IMG/VR virus record: IMGVR_UViG_3300010885_030180
Span: 39,606-103,605 of that record
Direction: 5' to 3' (one strand)
DNA length: 64,000 nucleotides
DNA from: a virus
The notes under the pieces were generated by a model, which was given only the letters and a program-made list of their open reading frames with translations, searched no databases and was not told the DNA's origin. Of this stretch, positions 40,023 to 48,806 are shown in pieces. Position numbers and translations under genes: made by a program. Within the stretch, counting starts at the first letter, position 1. Each line of letters begins with the position of its first letter.

Positions 40023-43000
40023 ATGAAACTTGCTATTATAGATATTATCGGTATACCATACGATGGTAGTACACTAACTAAACAAGGTTTGGGCGGCAGC
40101 GAAAGTGCTGTTATACTAATGGCGCAGGAACTTGCTGCTATTGGATTTGATGTTACAGTCTTTAATGATTGTAATGTTGATCACACCAGCCCTGGTATAT
40201 ACAACAATGTTAGATATCTCCCACTAAACGAGCTAAACAACAATCACTACTTTGATATTGTTATTAGCAGTAGAACGGTAATACCATTCACTGCACCTAG
40301 TGACTATCCTAAACTAGGTGACCACAGAGCAATGCCATTCCAAAATATGGATCTCTATAATAGGATCTTAAGTAAAGCAACTATGCGTGTGCTATGGATG
40401 CACGATACATTCTGCTTAGGTGATAATTTAATTGAAGAACTAGCAGTGGCCAATAGAATCACTGACATCTTTACACTCAGTGATTTCCACTTGACCTATG
40501 TTACTAATTGCAATCACGGACGTAGACGTAACTTCGAAGTCTTGAAAAATAAGATGTTCATTACACGCAATGGAGCTCGTAATTACAAAACCGAGGTTGA
40601 TATCAAAGCTAAGGATCCTAACTTGTTTGTCTACAATGCAAGTGTGACTAAAGGTATGATTCCATTAGTTAAATTAATTTGGCCCAGAGTTAAACAACAA
40701 CTACCTCAAGCAAAATTAAAAATTATTGGTGGTTACTATGTGTTCAGTACCAAGTCCGCGATGGATGAGCAGGAAAAGAACTGGCGTGAGATGAGTACTG
40801 ATCCACGCAATGCTGCTCTTGGTATTGAGTATACTGGAGTTATTGCACAAAAAGAAGTTGCTGACATTTTAACCGATGCTAGTTATATGTTATATCCATC
40901 AGCATTTCCTGAAACTTTTGGTATATCTGCATTAGAGTCGTTGCTGTACAATACTCCTATTATTACTTGTAAGTTTGGTGCATTGGAAGAAATTGCATTG
41001 CCAGGTGCTTGCTATACTATTGACTATGCTATTGAATCCAACGGATTGTTCCCTGATATTAATAATGCAGAACAGGTAGATAAATTTGTTGCTATGACTG
41101 TACAAGCATATCACAACAAATATTTACATCAACAAAAACAATACTATTGCAATATTGTCAAAGACCTTGCAGGTTGGGATACTGTAGCATTGCAATGGAA
41201 ACAGTTGATGACTAAACGCTTGGGCAAATATCTAAGCAGAGCAGAATATCGTAAAGTTTCAGATATCAATCGTAGAGTGCATAAAGTATGGAATCGTAAG
41301 TTCCATAACAGCGTAGAGTTGGAAAACTATAAAACAGGCAATGAACAAAACATTGCTATCATTAGCCCATTCTATAACTGTGCTAATTATATTGCGAGAT
41401 GTATTAACAGCGTAGCATCACAGGACTACAACAACTATCTACATATTTTAATAGATGATGCTAGTACTGATAACACGTTTGAAGTTATTAATGCAACACT
41501 GGCAGATTTACCAATGGATGTTAGAAATAAATTTCTAGTTATTTCTAACTCAGAAAATGTAGGTGCAGTTAAGAACCAAATACAAAACATTAGAGCAATG
41601 ATTGCTGATGATACTATTGTTATGTTACTAGATGGCGATGATAGTTTGATTAACGACAATAATATACTTGCATATTATAATAATATCTATAATGGATCCA
41701 CTGAGTTTACATATGGGTCATGTTGGAGTATGGTTGACAACATTCCTTTAATTAGTCAACCTTATCCTGAAGATGTAAAAAAACGTAAATCATACAGGAA
41801 TCATCATTTCAATTGGATCCTACCATATACACATTTACGCACATTTAAGAAGTCACTGCTTAACAACATAGATGACTCAGCATTTAAAGATGCACAGGGG
41901 CAATGGTACAAAGCCGGTGGTGATGGTAGTGTATTCTATGCATTAATAGAAGCAGCAGATCCATCCAAGGTAAAATGTTTGCAAGATATTGTTTATAACT
42001 ATAACGATGCTAGCCCGTTAAATGATTACAAAGTTAATGCTCAAGAACAAACTCGTAATGCTAGACAGATTGTTAAAGGTAATCCTGAAAAATTTTCTGT
42101 GGTAGTTCCTACTATGTGGAAAGTAACAGATCAATTTGTTAATTTTTTAAAAGTACTATGTGAGTATCCATTAGTAGATGAAATTATTATTATCAACAAC
42201 GATGTTATGAAAACACCGCCTGCTAGTATACTAGCACATGATAAAATTAAATTGATAAATTTTAAACAGAATATATATGTTAATCCTGCTTGGAATTTAG
42301 GAGTTAGCACAGCACGTAATAATAAAATTTGTATTGCTAACGATGATGTAACATTTGATACTGCTGTGTTTGAACAATTGCAAGATTTAATAACTAAAGA
42401 TAATGGAGTATTTGGATTATGTCCAGGTGAATCATTTTTCCATCAAATACCAGTAACTGATAAAACTATTAACATAGTACCCTGGACCAATCAACATACA
42501 TATGGATTTGGTTGCCTTATGTTTATGCATAAGAGTGCATGGGTAGATATCCCCGAGGGTCTCGAGATTTACTTTGGTGATAATTTTATATTTGATGTAC
42601 AACTTAGCAAAGGTAGAAAGAATTACCTCATTACCAATATGGATCACTTTACACCATTTGCATCCACTACATCAGATTTGTCTATTACTAGCGGATTTTT
42701 AGAAAGAGAACGTATAATATACGACAAAATAAAAAGTAACTTAACTATAATGCCTGAAAAAATAATTACCCAACCAGTTGCTAAGAAACGAATATTAATT
42801 GCTATTCCTACAGCAAAAAATATTGAAGCAGATACTTTTAAATCAATATACGATCTTGAAGTTCCGGACGGATATGAAACAACTTTTCAAGCGTTCTTTG
42901 GATATAATGTAGATCAGGTTCGTAATTTAATTGCTGATTGGGTTGTTAAAGGATTTGATTATTTGTTTAGTGTAGATAGCGATATTGCTTTCCCTACAAA

Positions 43001-44081
43001 TACACTGAAAAAGTTATTGGAACACGACAAGGATATAGTATCAGGTCTTTATATACAAAGAAAGCCAGGGCAACATACACTTGAGATTTACGAACCTACT
43101 CCTAACGGCGGTGTTACTCAAATGCCTTATGCAAAATTGAAAGGTAGATCTATTGTGGAAGTTGCGGGTTGTGGTTTTGGATGTGTATTAGTTAAATCTG
43201 AAGTAATGAGAGAAATAGGATATCCTCAGTTTAAATATCACAGCGCCATTGATCATAACAACACCGTTTCTGAAGATGTTGATTTCTGCGCTAAGGCAAA
43301 GAACAAAGGATTTAAAATATGGGCAGACCCATCGATACTTTGCAAACATATTGGTAGTTTTACATTTGAAGTTGATGCTGGCATACAAGCAATTGAAACT
43401 ATGGAAACTGTTGATGTTGCAACCCATTTAAAAAATCTAAGCACACAACCACTGATACCTACAATTCATCTAGATTATTTGGCTAAGTTAAAAGCATCGG
43501 GTGTTGAACCTAAGGTTGTATATGATATAGGTGCATGTGTTCTTAGTTGGACCACCGAGGCAAGTAAACTATGGCCCGATGCTGAATATGTAGCGTTTGA
43601 TGCAATGGCAGAAGTTGAATCTATATACAAAGAACGAGGTATAAAATATCACATTGGTGTTCTCAGTGATGTTACTGGTAAGTCTGTAGATTTCTATCAG
43701 AATAATTATTGGCCCGGTGGAAATAGTTATTATGTAGAAAATCCAGAAATTAAAATTGATGCCTTGGAGTATTTTAACGAATCACATAAACGATCATTGA
43801 ATACTGTAACATTGGATACTGTGGCTAGACTAAAAGCATTTCCTAAACCCGATCTAATTAAAATGGATGTGCAGGGTGCAGAATTAGATGTTCTTAAAGG
43901 TGCAGAAGAAATATTAAAAACTGCTAAACATGTTATCCTTGAATTGCAAGTAATTGAATATAACAAAGGTGCACCACTTCGAGATACTGTTATAGCATAT
44001 ATGGATCAGATAGGGTTTAATTGTTTAGGATTATTCTGCGATAACGGACCTGATGGTGACTATTATTTTGTACAAAGATAA
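40023..44081 (+). CDS. Multidomain glycosyltransferase: GT4-like, three GT2-like domains and a C-terminal FkbM-type methyltransferase
   Basis: GLGGSE...PETFGISALES (GT-B); IISPFYN...IDDASTD...LDGDD; VVVPTMW...NPAWN.G...ANDD; ILIAIPT...VDSD...GFGC...SEDVDFC; VYDIGA...IKMDVQGAE. Confidence 0.85.
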   Translation: MKLAIIDIIGIPYDGSTLTKQGLGGSESAVILMAQELAAIGFDVTVFNDCNVDHTSPGIYNNVRYLPLNELNNNHYFDIVISSRTVIPFTAPSDYPKLGDHRAMPFQNMDLYNRILSKATMRVLWMHDTFCLGDNLIEELAVANRITDIFTLSDFHLTYVTNCNHGRRRNFEVLKNKMFITRNGARNYKTEVDIKAKDPNLFVYNASVTKGMIPLVKLIWPRVKQQLPQAKLKIIGGYYVFSTKSAMDEQEKNWREMSTDPRNAALGIEYTGVIAQKEVADILTDASYMLYPSAFPETFGISALESLLYNTPIITCKFGALEEIALPGACYTIDYAIESNGLFPDINNAEQVDKFVAMTVQAYHNKYLHQQKQYYCNIVKDLAGWDTVALQWKQLMTKRLGKYLSRAEYRKVSDINRRVHKVWNRKFHNSVELENYKTGNEQNIAIISPFYNCANYIARCINSVASQDYNNYLHILIDDASTDNTFEVINATLADLPMDVRNKFLVISNSENVGAVKNQIQNIRAMIADDTIVMLLDGDDSLINDNNILAYYNNIYNGSTEFTYGSCWSMVDNIPLISQPYPEDVKKRKSYRNHHFNWILPYTHLRTFKKSLLNNIDDSAFKDAQGQWYKAGGDGSVFYALIEAADPSKVKCLQDIVYNYNDASPLNDYKVNAQEQTRNARQIVKGNPEKFSVVVPTMWKVTDQFVNFLKVLCEYPLVDEIIIINNDVMKTPPASILAHDKIKLINFKQNIYVNPAWNLGVSTARNNKICIANDDVTFDTAVFEQLQDLITKDNGVFGLCPGESFFHQIPVTDKTINIVPWTNQHTYGFGCLMFMHKSAWVDIPEGLEIYFGDNFIFDVQLSKGRKNYLITNMDHFTPFASTTSDLSITSGFLERERIIYDKIKSNLTIMPEKIITQPVAKKRILIAIPTAKNIEADTFKSIYDLEVPDGYETTFQAFFGYNVDQVRNLIADWVVKGFDYLFSVDSDIAFPTNTLKKLLEHDKDIVSGLYIQRKPGQHTLEIYEPTPNGGVTQMPYAKLKGRSIVEVAGCGFGCVLVKSEVMREIGYPQFKYHSAIDHNNTVSEDVDFCAKAKNKGFKIWADPSILCKHIGSFTFEVDAGIQAIETMETVDVATHLKNLSTQPLIPTIHLDYLAKLKASGVEPKVVYDIGACVLSWTTEASKLWPDAEYVAFDAMAEVESIYKERGIKYHIGVLSDVTGKSVDFYQNNYWPGGNSYYVENPEIKIDALEYFNESHKRSLNTVTLDTVARLKAFPKPDLIKMDVQGAELDVLKGAEEILKTAKHVILELQVIEYNKGAPLRDTVIAYMDQIGFNCLGLFCDNGPDGDYYFVQR

Positions 44082-44779
44082 TGGCATACAATAAAGAACA
44101 CGCTAGGGCTGAATTTGCCCGCCACGGTGAAGAAGGGCTATTGCGTCATCTATCAAATAAACTATCTACTATAATTGATGCTGGTAGTAATATGGGTGAA
44201 TGGTGTTTAATGGCCAGAGAACATAATCCTAACGCAGAAATACATACATTTGAAATTATACCAGAAGTATACAGAAAGTTTCTAGCAAATGTCGACATTG
44301 ATAATAAAATAATTCCTAATGGATTTGGATTATCAAACAGACAAGGCATGATGAAGATGCAATATAGTGTTGAGTTTGATGCAGTTAGTTCGTATTTTGA
44401 AGGTCTCAATATAGGACCGGTTGAAACTCGAGAGTGCTTTATTGTTACAGGCGATCAGTATGTAGCAAGTAGAAATATAAACTACATTGATTTTTTAAAA
44501 GTAGATGTTGAGGGAGCAGAAGGTCTAGTGCTAGAAGGATTTACTGAAACATTAGCAAGTAATAAGGTAGGTGTTATTCAATTTGAATATGGATTTGCAA
44601 ATGTATTAAGCAGATGGTTGTTAATTGATGCTTATAAAATGCTAACACCTTTAGGGTTTCATATTGGATTGCTTACTACTGAGGGAGTTAAATTTAAGGA
44701 TTATATCCTAACTGATGAAACGTTTATTGGCCCTAACTATGTTGCAGTACATAAATCAAAGATGCATCAGATGATATAA
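44081..44779 (+). CDS. FkbM-family SAM-dependent methyltransferase
   Basis: IIDAGSNMGEW...IHTFE...IDFLKVDVEGAE..VL.G...IQFEYG; TAATG-coupled to the glycosyltransferase. Confidence 0.85.
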   Translation: MAYNKEHARAEFARHGEEGLLRHLSNKLSTIIDAGSNMGEWCLMAREHNPNAEIHTFEIIPEVYRKFLANVDIDNKIIPNGFGLSNRQGMMKMQYSVEFDAVSSYFEGLNIGPVETRECFIVTGDQYVASRNINYIDFLKVDVEGAEGLVLEGFTETLASNKVGVIQFEYGFANVLSRWLLIDAYKMLTPLGFHIGLLTTEGVKFKDYILTDETFIGPNYVAVHKSKMHQMI

Positions 44780-44782
44780 ATA
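44775..44782 (+). promoter_or_regulatory. T4-type late promoter (TATAAATA)
   Basis: Exact consensus upstream of the nuclease gene. Confidence 0.7.
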
Positions 44783-44806
44783 ACAGTAGTTAATTTAAGG
44801 ACTACT

Positions 44807-45628
44807 ATGAAAAAACTATTTGCTCTTGTGCTACTTACCTTTGTAGGTCTAGCACAAGCGTGGGAACAACGCCTCCCACTTCCGGTTGACGCATGTAAGG
44901 TACATAGCCCATATGGCTTTGCACAAACACAGCGAACAGCACAACCAATCTGCCGCGAAGCATATCTAGTTGCATATGATGCTCCTGTTAAGATCCCTGT
45001 ATATGTTGCATACACATTACTACCACAAAATGCACTTGGTTGTTTTCCACGCACTAATGCATTCGTAGCAGATCAGTCATTAGGTAGTACAGGTGCAAGA
45101 CCAGACGACTACGCAGGTACTGGCTACGACAAAGGACACGCAGCACCGGATGGTGATCTATCCTGGACACAGCAGGTTGAATACGAATCGTTTCTAATGA
45201 CCAATATGTATCCACAACACGGATCATTAAATCGTGGTATTTGGAAACTACTTGAAACTAGTGTACGCGGATGGTCTGTTCAGTTGAATCAATCATTTAC
45301 AATCTATGTAGGTGCAGTATACGGCGCCGGAGATGAAACTATTGGTAAAGGTATTATTGTTCCGCATGGTTACTACAAGATTGTTATTAATAACAATACA
45401 GGAGCAATGGCTGGTTGGGCATTTCCACACACTAAGCCGTATGTTAATCTAGGAAACGACTTGACTAAGTTCCGTTTACCTATTGCACAGATAGAACAAG
45501 TTGCTGGAGTTAAATTTGCTTTCCCTACTAAGGCGCAGGAACTAGCACCTGGTGCAGAATGGCCTGTGAACTACGGTGATTTAACTAAAGCAAAACGTGC
45601 AAAGTGTGGTGCAAATGCAGCAGACTAA
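44807..45628 (+). CDS. Secreted DNA/RNA non-specific endonuclease (NucA/Serratia-type beta-beta-alpha-Me family)
   Basis: Signal peptide MKKLFALVLLTFVGLAQA; GYDKGHAAP, ESFLMTNMYPQ...LNRGIWK.LE, VPHGYYKIV motifs. Confidence 0.9.
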   Translation: MKKLFALVLLTFVGLAQAWEQRLPLPVDACKVHSPYGFAQTQRTAQPICREAYLVAYDAPVKIPVYVAYTLLPQNALGCFPRTNAFVADQSLGSTGARPDDYAGTGYDKGHAAPDGDLSWTQQVEYESFLMTNMYPQHGSLNRGIWKLLETSVRGWSVQLNQSFTIYVGAVYGAGDETIGKGIIVPHGYYKIVINNNTGAMAGWAFPHTKPYVNLGNDLTKFRLPIAQIEQVAGVKFAFPTKAQELAPGAEWPVNYGDLTKAKRAKCGANAAD

Positions 45629-45701
45629 CCCCAATGAATATCCAGTCTATCCAGAAGATGATGGGACCGACCGTCCTCGCAATCCTTACAGCCCTGTATG
45701 A
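45615..45701 (+). CDS. Possible 28-aa peptide MQQTNPNEYPVYPEDDGTDRPRNPYSPV
   Basis: Short ORF overlapping the nuclease stop, read by hand; not in the ORF track. Confidence 0.35.
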   Translation: MQQTNPNEYPVYPEDDGTDRPRNPYSPV

Positions 45702-45765
45702 AGGGTTAAGTAGATTTGGACTAGAACAAATGGGTATTCCGTACCCAGAAGAAGAATCCACTTAG
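45634..45765 (+). CDS. Possible 43-aa peptide MNIQSIQKMMGPTVLAILTALYEGLSRFGLEQMGIPYPEEEST
   Basis: Starts 5 nt after the nuclease stop; overlaps the 28-aa ORF in another frame. Confidence 0.35.
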   Translation: MNIQSIQKMMGPTVLAILTALYEGLSRFGLEQMGIPYPEEEST

Positions 45766-45865
45766 GACCGCGAGACGTAGCGGCAAAGTGAGCTTGCTCA
45801 CTTAGGCGTCCGAGCAATTGAACTGCACCTCGTTAGTGTGCGCCGGATAAAGTCACCGGCACTAA
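45759..45865 (+). ncRNA. Candidate structured RNA (unassigned)
   Basis: GC-rich intergenic island with stems AAGTGAG-CTTG-CTCACTT, CCGC/GCGG, GGAC/GTCC, TTGCTC/GAGCAA and GCCGG/CCGGC; CACTTAGG occurs twice. Confidence 0.5.
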
Positions 45866-45872
45866 ATACACG

Positions 45873-46742
45873 ATGCGTATAAAAGAACTATTAGCTGAAA
45901 CTCAAGAGGGTATTGAAAAACTTCCAGCTGGCGAATATCGTGGAGGAAAAAGTTCATTATATCACCCCAGGAACATTAAAGCCGAACCTGCACAACCATT
46001 GCCCGGTGGCAGCGGATTTGTATACACAATTGGGCCCGGGCAGTACGGTACTGAAATAAAAATTTGGGATCCAAAAGGTCAAGATTATATTAATTCAACT
46101 GTAGAACCTGTTAGAAAACCCAAAGAACCAGATTGGAAGTTTAAGGGTAGACTAGACTATTGGAAGTGGTCCGTAGAACGAGCAGGAAACACTCCGGGAC
46201 AATTGATTGGCAAACTTTCAATAGCACCGGCTAAATGGTTTCCAATGTCTAATGCAGTAGGTGTAGATACAATCACCGTTGATGAAGACTATCGTGGTCA
46301 AGGCATTGCTAAGGCATTGTATGGTATTGTATTAACTATAATGAAACTGCCATTAGTTGCTGGTGATACGCAAACTCCTGGTGGACGTAGAAATTGGGTT
46401 AGCCTTGCTAGTATACCTGGTGTTGAAATGAAAGGGTATGTTGGGTTAGAGCATTACGAAATAACTCCTAGGGCAGCACCGGCGGATAACGGCCCTGTTG
46501 ATATTGATCCAAATAAAGAAGCCCGAACAGCTGATAAAAACATTGATACAATCATGGGACAACTAGGCGGCGATTATATTGGTCGAGGTCGAGGTCGAGA
46601 TAACGTAGAGTTTTTTGCCTTTGATGTAAAACCTACTACAACTGGACAAGAATTAGAAGCCCATGTTAAAACTAAAATGAGTAACATATACGGCGACACA
46701 GATTACAATTCTGGCTTATATGCAACATGGAGTGGCGCATGA
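45873..46742 (+). CDS. GNAT-like acetyltransferase with an MRIKELLAE leader (possible head-packaged protein)
   Basis: Acetyl-CoA motif A ITVDEDYRGQGIAKALY, then QTPGGRRNW; CTAAATA box 4 nt upstream. Confidence 0.65.
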   Translation: MRIKELLAETQEGIEKLPAGEYRGGKSSLYHPRNIKAEPAQPLPGGSGFVYTIGPGQYGTEIKIWDPKGQDYINSTVEPVRKPKEPDWKFKGRLDYWKWSVERAGNTPGQLIGKLSIAPAKWFPMSNAVGVDTITVDEDYRGQGIAKALYGIVLTIMKLPLVAGDTQTPGGRRNWVSLASIPGVEMKGYVGLEHYEITPRAAPADNGPVDIDPNKEARTADKNIDTIMGQLGGDYIGRGRGRDNVEFFAFDVKPTTTGQELEAHVKTKMSNIYGDTDYNSGLYATWSGA

Positions 46743-47143
46743 AAATTACAGAGTTATTAATTGAAGGCAAAGAATCTCGAGAAACATTTGTTGATATGTT
46801 TAAAAAATTCCTGCCTCTGGCTATAGAAATATTAGAAATTGATAGTTTGCCTAAGATGAGTTTTGAACCTGAAATACAAACAGATGGTCAACCAAGTTTT
46901 GGTATGTATGTGAATAATGAAAAAACTCTGCATGTTGCTATTACAAATCGCCACCCTGTGGATATACTTAGAACTGTGGCTCACGAACTAGTACACTATA
47001 GACAGGATATTAGAGATGAGTTAAACGACGAGAGTGGTGCTACAGGTAGTCCAGAAGAAAACCAAGCGCACGAAATTGCAGGCGTTATCATGCGTAACTT
47101 CAATAAACAATATCCGCAGTTCTTGCGCAGTCATCCAATTTAA
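46739..47143 (+). CDS. HExxH zincin-like metallopeptidase-domain protein
   Basis: RTVAHELVHYRQ...EENQA; likely start at ATG 46739 (ATGA overlap), giving the leader MKITELLIE. Confidence 0.7.
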   Translation: MKITELLIEGKESRETFVDMFKKFLPLAIEILEIDSLPKMSFEPEIQTDGQPSFGMYVNNEKTLHVAITNRHPVDILRTVAHELVHYRQDIRDELNDESGATGSPEENQAHEIAGVIMRNFNKQYPQFLRSHPI

Positions 47144-47145
47144 TA

Positions 47146-47724
47146 ATGAAATTAGTGTATATACATGGTGCCAGCGCCACGAGTGAAAGTTTTAATTACA
47201 TTAGAGAGCACATTGATTGTGATCATATAAGCATCAATTACGATAGTGCAGATGGATTTGAAAATAATCTTAATAATATAAAACAACAGTTGGACAATGA
47301 AGATAAACTATTCTTTATTGCTCATAGTTTAGGTGGTATATATTCACTACACCTATCTAACTTAATGCCTTCAAAAGTATTAGGTGCAGTCACTCTAAGC
47401 ACACCGTATGGTGGTGCAGAACACGCTGACTTTGTTAAGTACTTTTTGCCATTTAGTAAATTGCTAAGAGACATTGGGCCTAATAGTTGGCCGATGCGTC
47501 AAGCAGATAACATTGAAATACATCATCCTTGGTGCAACATAGTGACCACTAAAGGAAATGCTCCGTGGATACATGGAAAAAATGATGGGGTAGTAACTGT
47601 TGCAAGTCAACGACATCACCATACAGGTATGGAACTAATAGAAATTAACTACAATCATTACGAAGTAGTTCTTAGTGAACAGGTGGTAGGGTTAATAGAA
47701 GAAAGAATTAACTGGCACAAATAG
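47146..47724 (+). CDS. Alpha/beta hydrolase (lipase/esterase-like)
   Basis: YIHGA oxyanion region, AHSLGG nucleophile elbow, STPYGG, NDGVV and NHYEV (Ser-Asp-His triad). Confidence 0.85.
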   Translation: MKLVYIHGASATSESFNYIREHIDCDHISINYDSADGFENNLNNIKQQLDNEDKLFFIAHSLGGIYSLHLSNLMPSKVLGAVTLSTPYGGAEHADFVKYFLPFSKLLRDIGPNSWPMRQADNIEIHHPWCNIVTTKGNAPWIHGKNDGVVTVASQRHHHTGMELIEINYNHYEVVLSEQVVGLIEERINWHK

Positions 47725-47749
47725 AAAAAGCACCCTAGGGTGCTTTTTC
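47724..47749. terminator. Bidirectional intrinsic terminator
   Basis: Perfect 26-bp palindrome GAAAAAGCACCCTAGGGTGCTTTTTC between convergent genes. Confidence 0.85.
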
Positions 47750-47795
47750 ATTTCTTCTAATTTTTGGCTATGCCTAATTATATTTTTATTATAAA

Positions 47796-48074
47796 TTATT
47801 TCTTTGGGCTTTGATTAACAAAGCCATACATCTTTTCAGCAGTTTCTAGAACTTTCTCAAGTCCTGGAAATGTTGGCATTGCTACGGTAGTTAGGATTTG
47901 ACCAGTTGCAGTATCTTTCGCAGCAGTCATTTGCCAGCCGGCAAATTTAACTTGAAAGTCTTCAGTGACCATTTCTTTTGCCATCCCCAGAATGTCTGCG
48001 CGGATTTCGTAACCATTTTTAGATTGGTTAACTTTGAATTCGGGCAATTTTGGAGTGTTAATTGTATTTGACAT
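47796..48074 (-). CDS. Hypothetical phage protein (KNGYEIR.DIL.MAK motif)
   Basis: 92-aa ORF with SD AAGGA and an upstream CTAAATA box on the minus strand (48133-48139). Confidence 0.75.
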   Translation of the reverse strand: MSNTINTPKLPEFKVNQSKNGYEIRADILGMAKEMVTEDFQVKFAGWQMTAAKDTATGQILTTVAMPTFPGLEKVLETAEKMYGFVNQSPKK

Positions 48075-48254
48075 ATATTTTTCCTTTATGTGTATGTGTC
48101 TGTATGTGCTAACAATTATTTGCTAGCACATATATTTAGTATATACAGATTGACTGTGTAATACAACTGAAGTGATAAAAATATAATAAATAAAAGTGCC
48201 AGTCGCGATGTATCAGCATCCACTGACTCTAACAGTTTATAAGGAACTATCAGC

Positions 48255-48806
48255 ATGAATATTTATTACGTCTACCAATACCTTCGCAAGGACCTGACAC
48301 CGTATTACATAGGTAAGGGGAAGAATAACAGAGCGTGGGAATCACATAAAAGATCTAACGGAACTAACCTGTTACCCGATGACCTATCTAAAATACAAGT
48401 AGTAGCACGATCGTTATCAGAAACTGAAGCACATTTATTAGAAACAAAACTAATAGAACATTATGGCAGGAAAGACTTAGGAACTGGTATCCTTAGGAAT
48501 TTAACTGATGGCGGTGAAGGTGTATCTGGTTTGGTTCAAACTCCTGAGCATATAGCAAAGAGAGTTTCAAAAACAATTGGACAAAAACGCCCTAATCAAA
48601 GTAAAAATATGTCCGGGGAGAACAATTCGTTTTATCAAAAGAAACATAGTGACGTAACGAAGCAACAAATGTCACAAAATCATGCAGACGTGTCTGGCAC
48701 TAATAACCCAATGTATGGAAAAACTCACCCTAATAAAGGAACTAAAGGTAAGTGGAAATGGAGTGAGGAATCTAAAGAAAAAGCTAGAAATAAGATCAGG
48801 ACATAA
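48255..48806 (+). mobile_element. Free-standing GIY-YIG homing endonuclease (Seg-like) with NUMOD3-like repeats
   Basis: YYVYQY...PYYIGKG...RA..H, E..LI..YG, LRNLTDGGEG, then GENNSFYQKKHS and GTNNPMYGKTH; inserted antisense between two minus-strand genes. Confidence 0.85.

Noticed and set aside
45762-45785. TTAGG-ACC-GCGA-G..GT-AGCGGC resembling SRP RNA helix 8
   Set aside because: Requires an extra bulge and lacks the long flanking SRP helix; too weak to call
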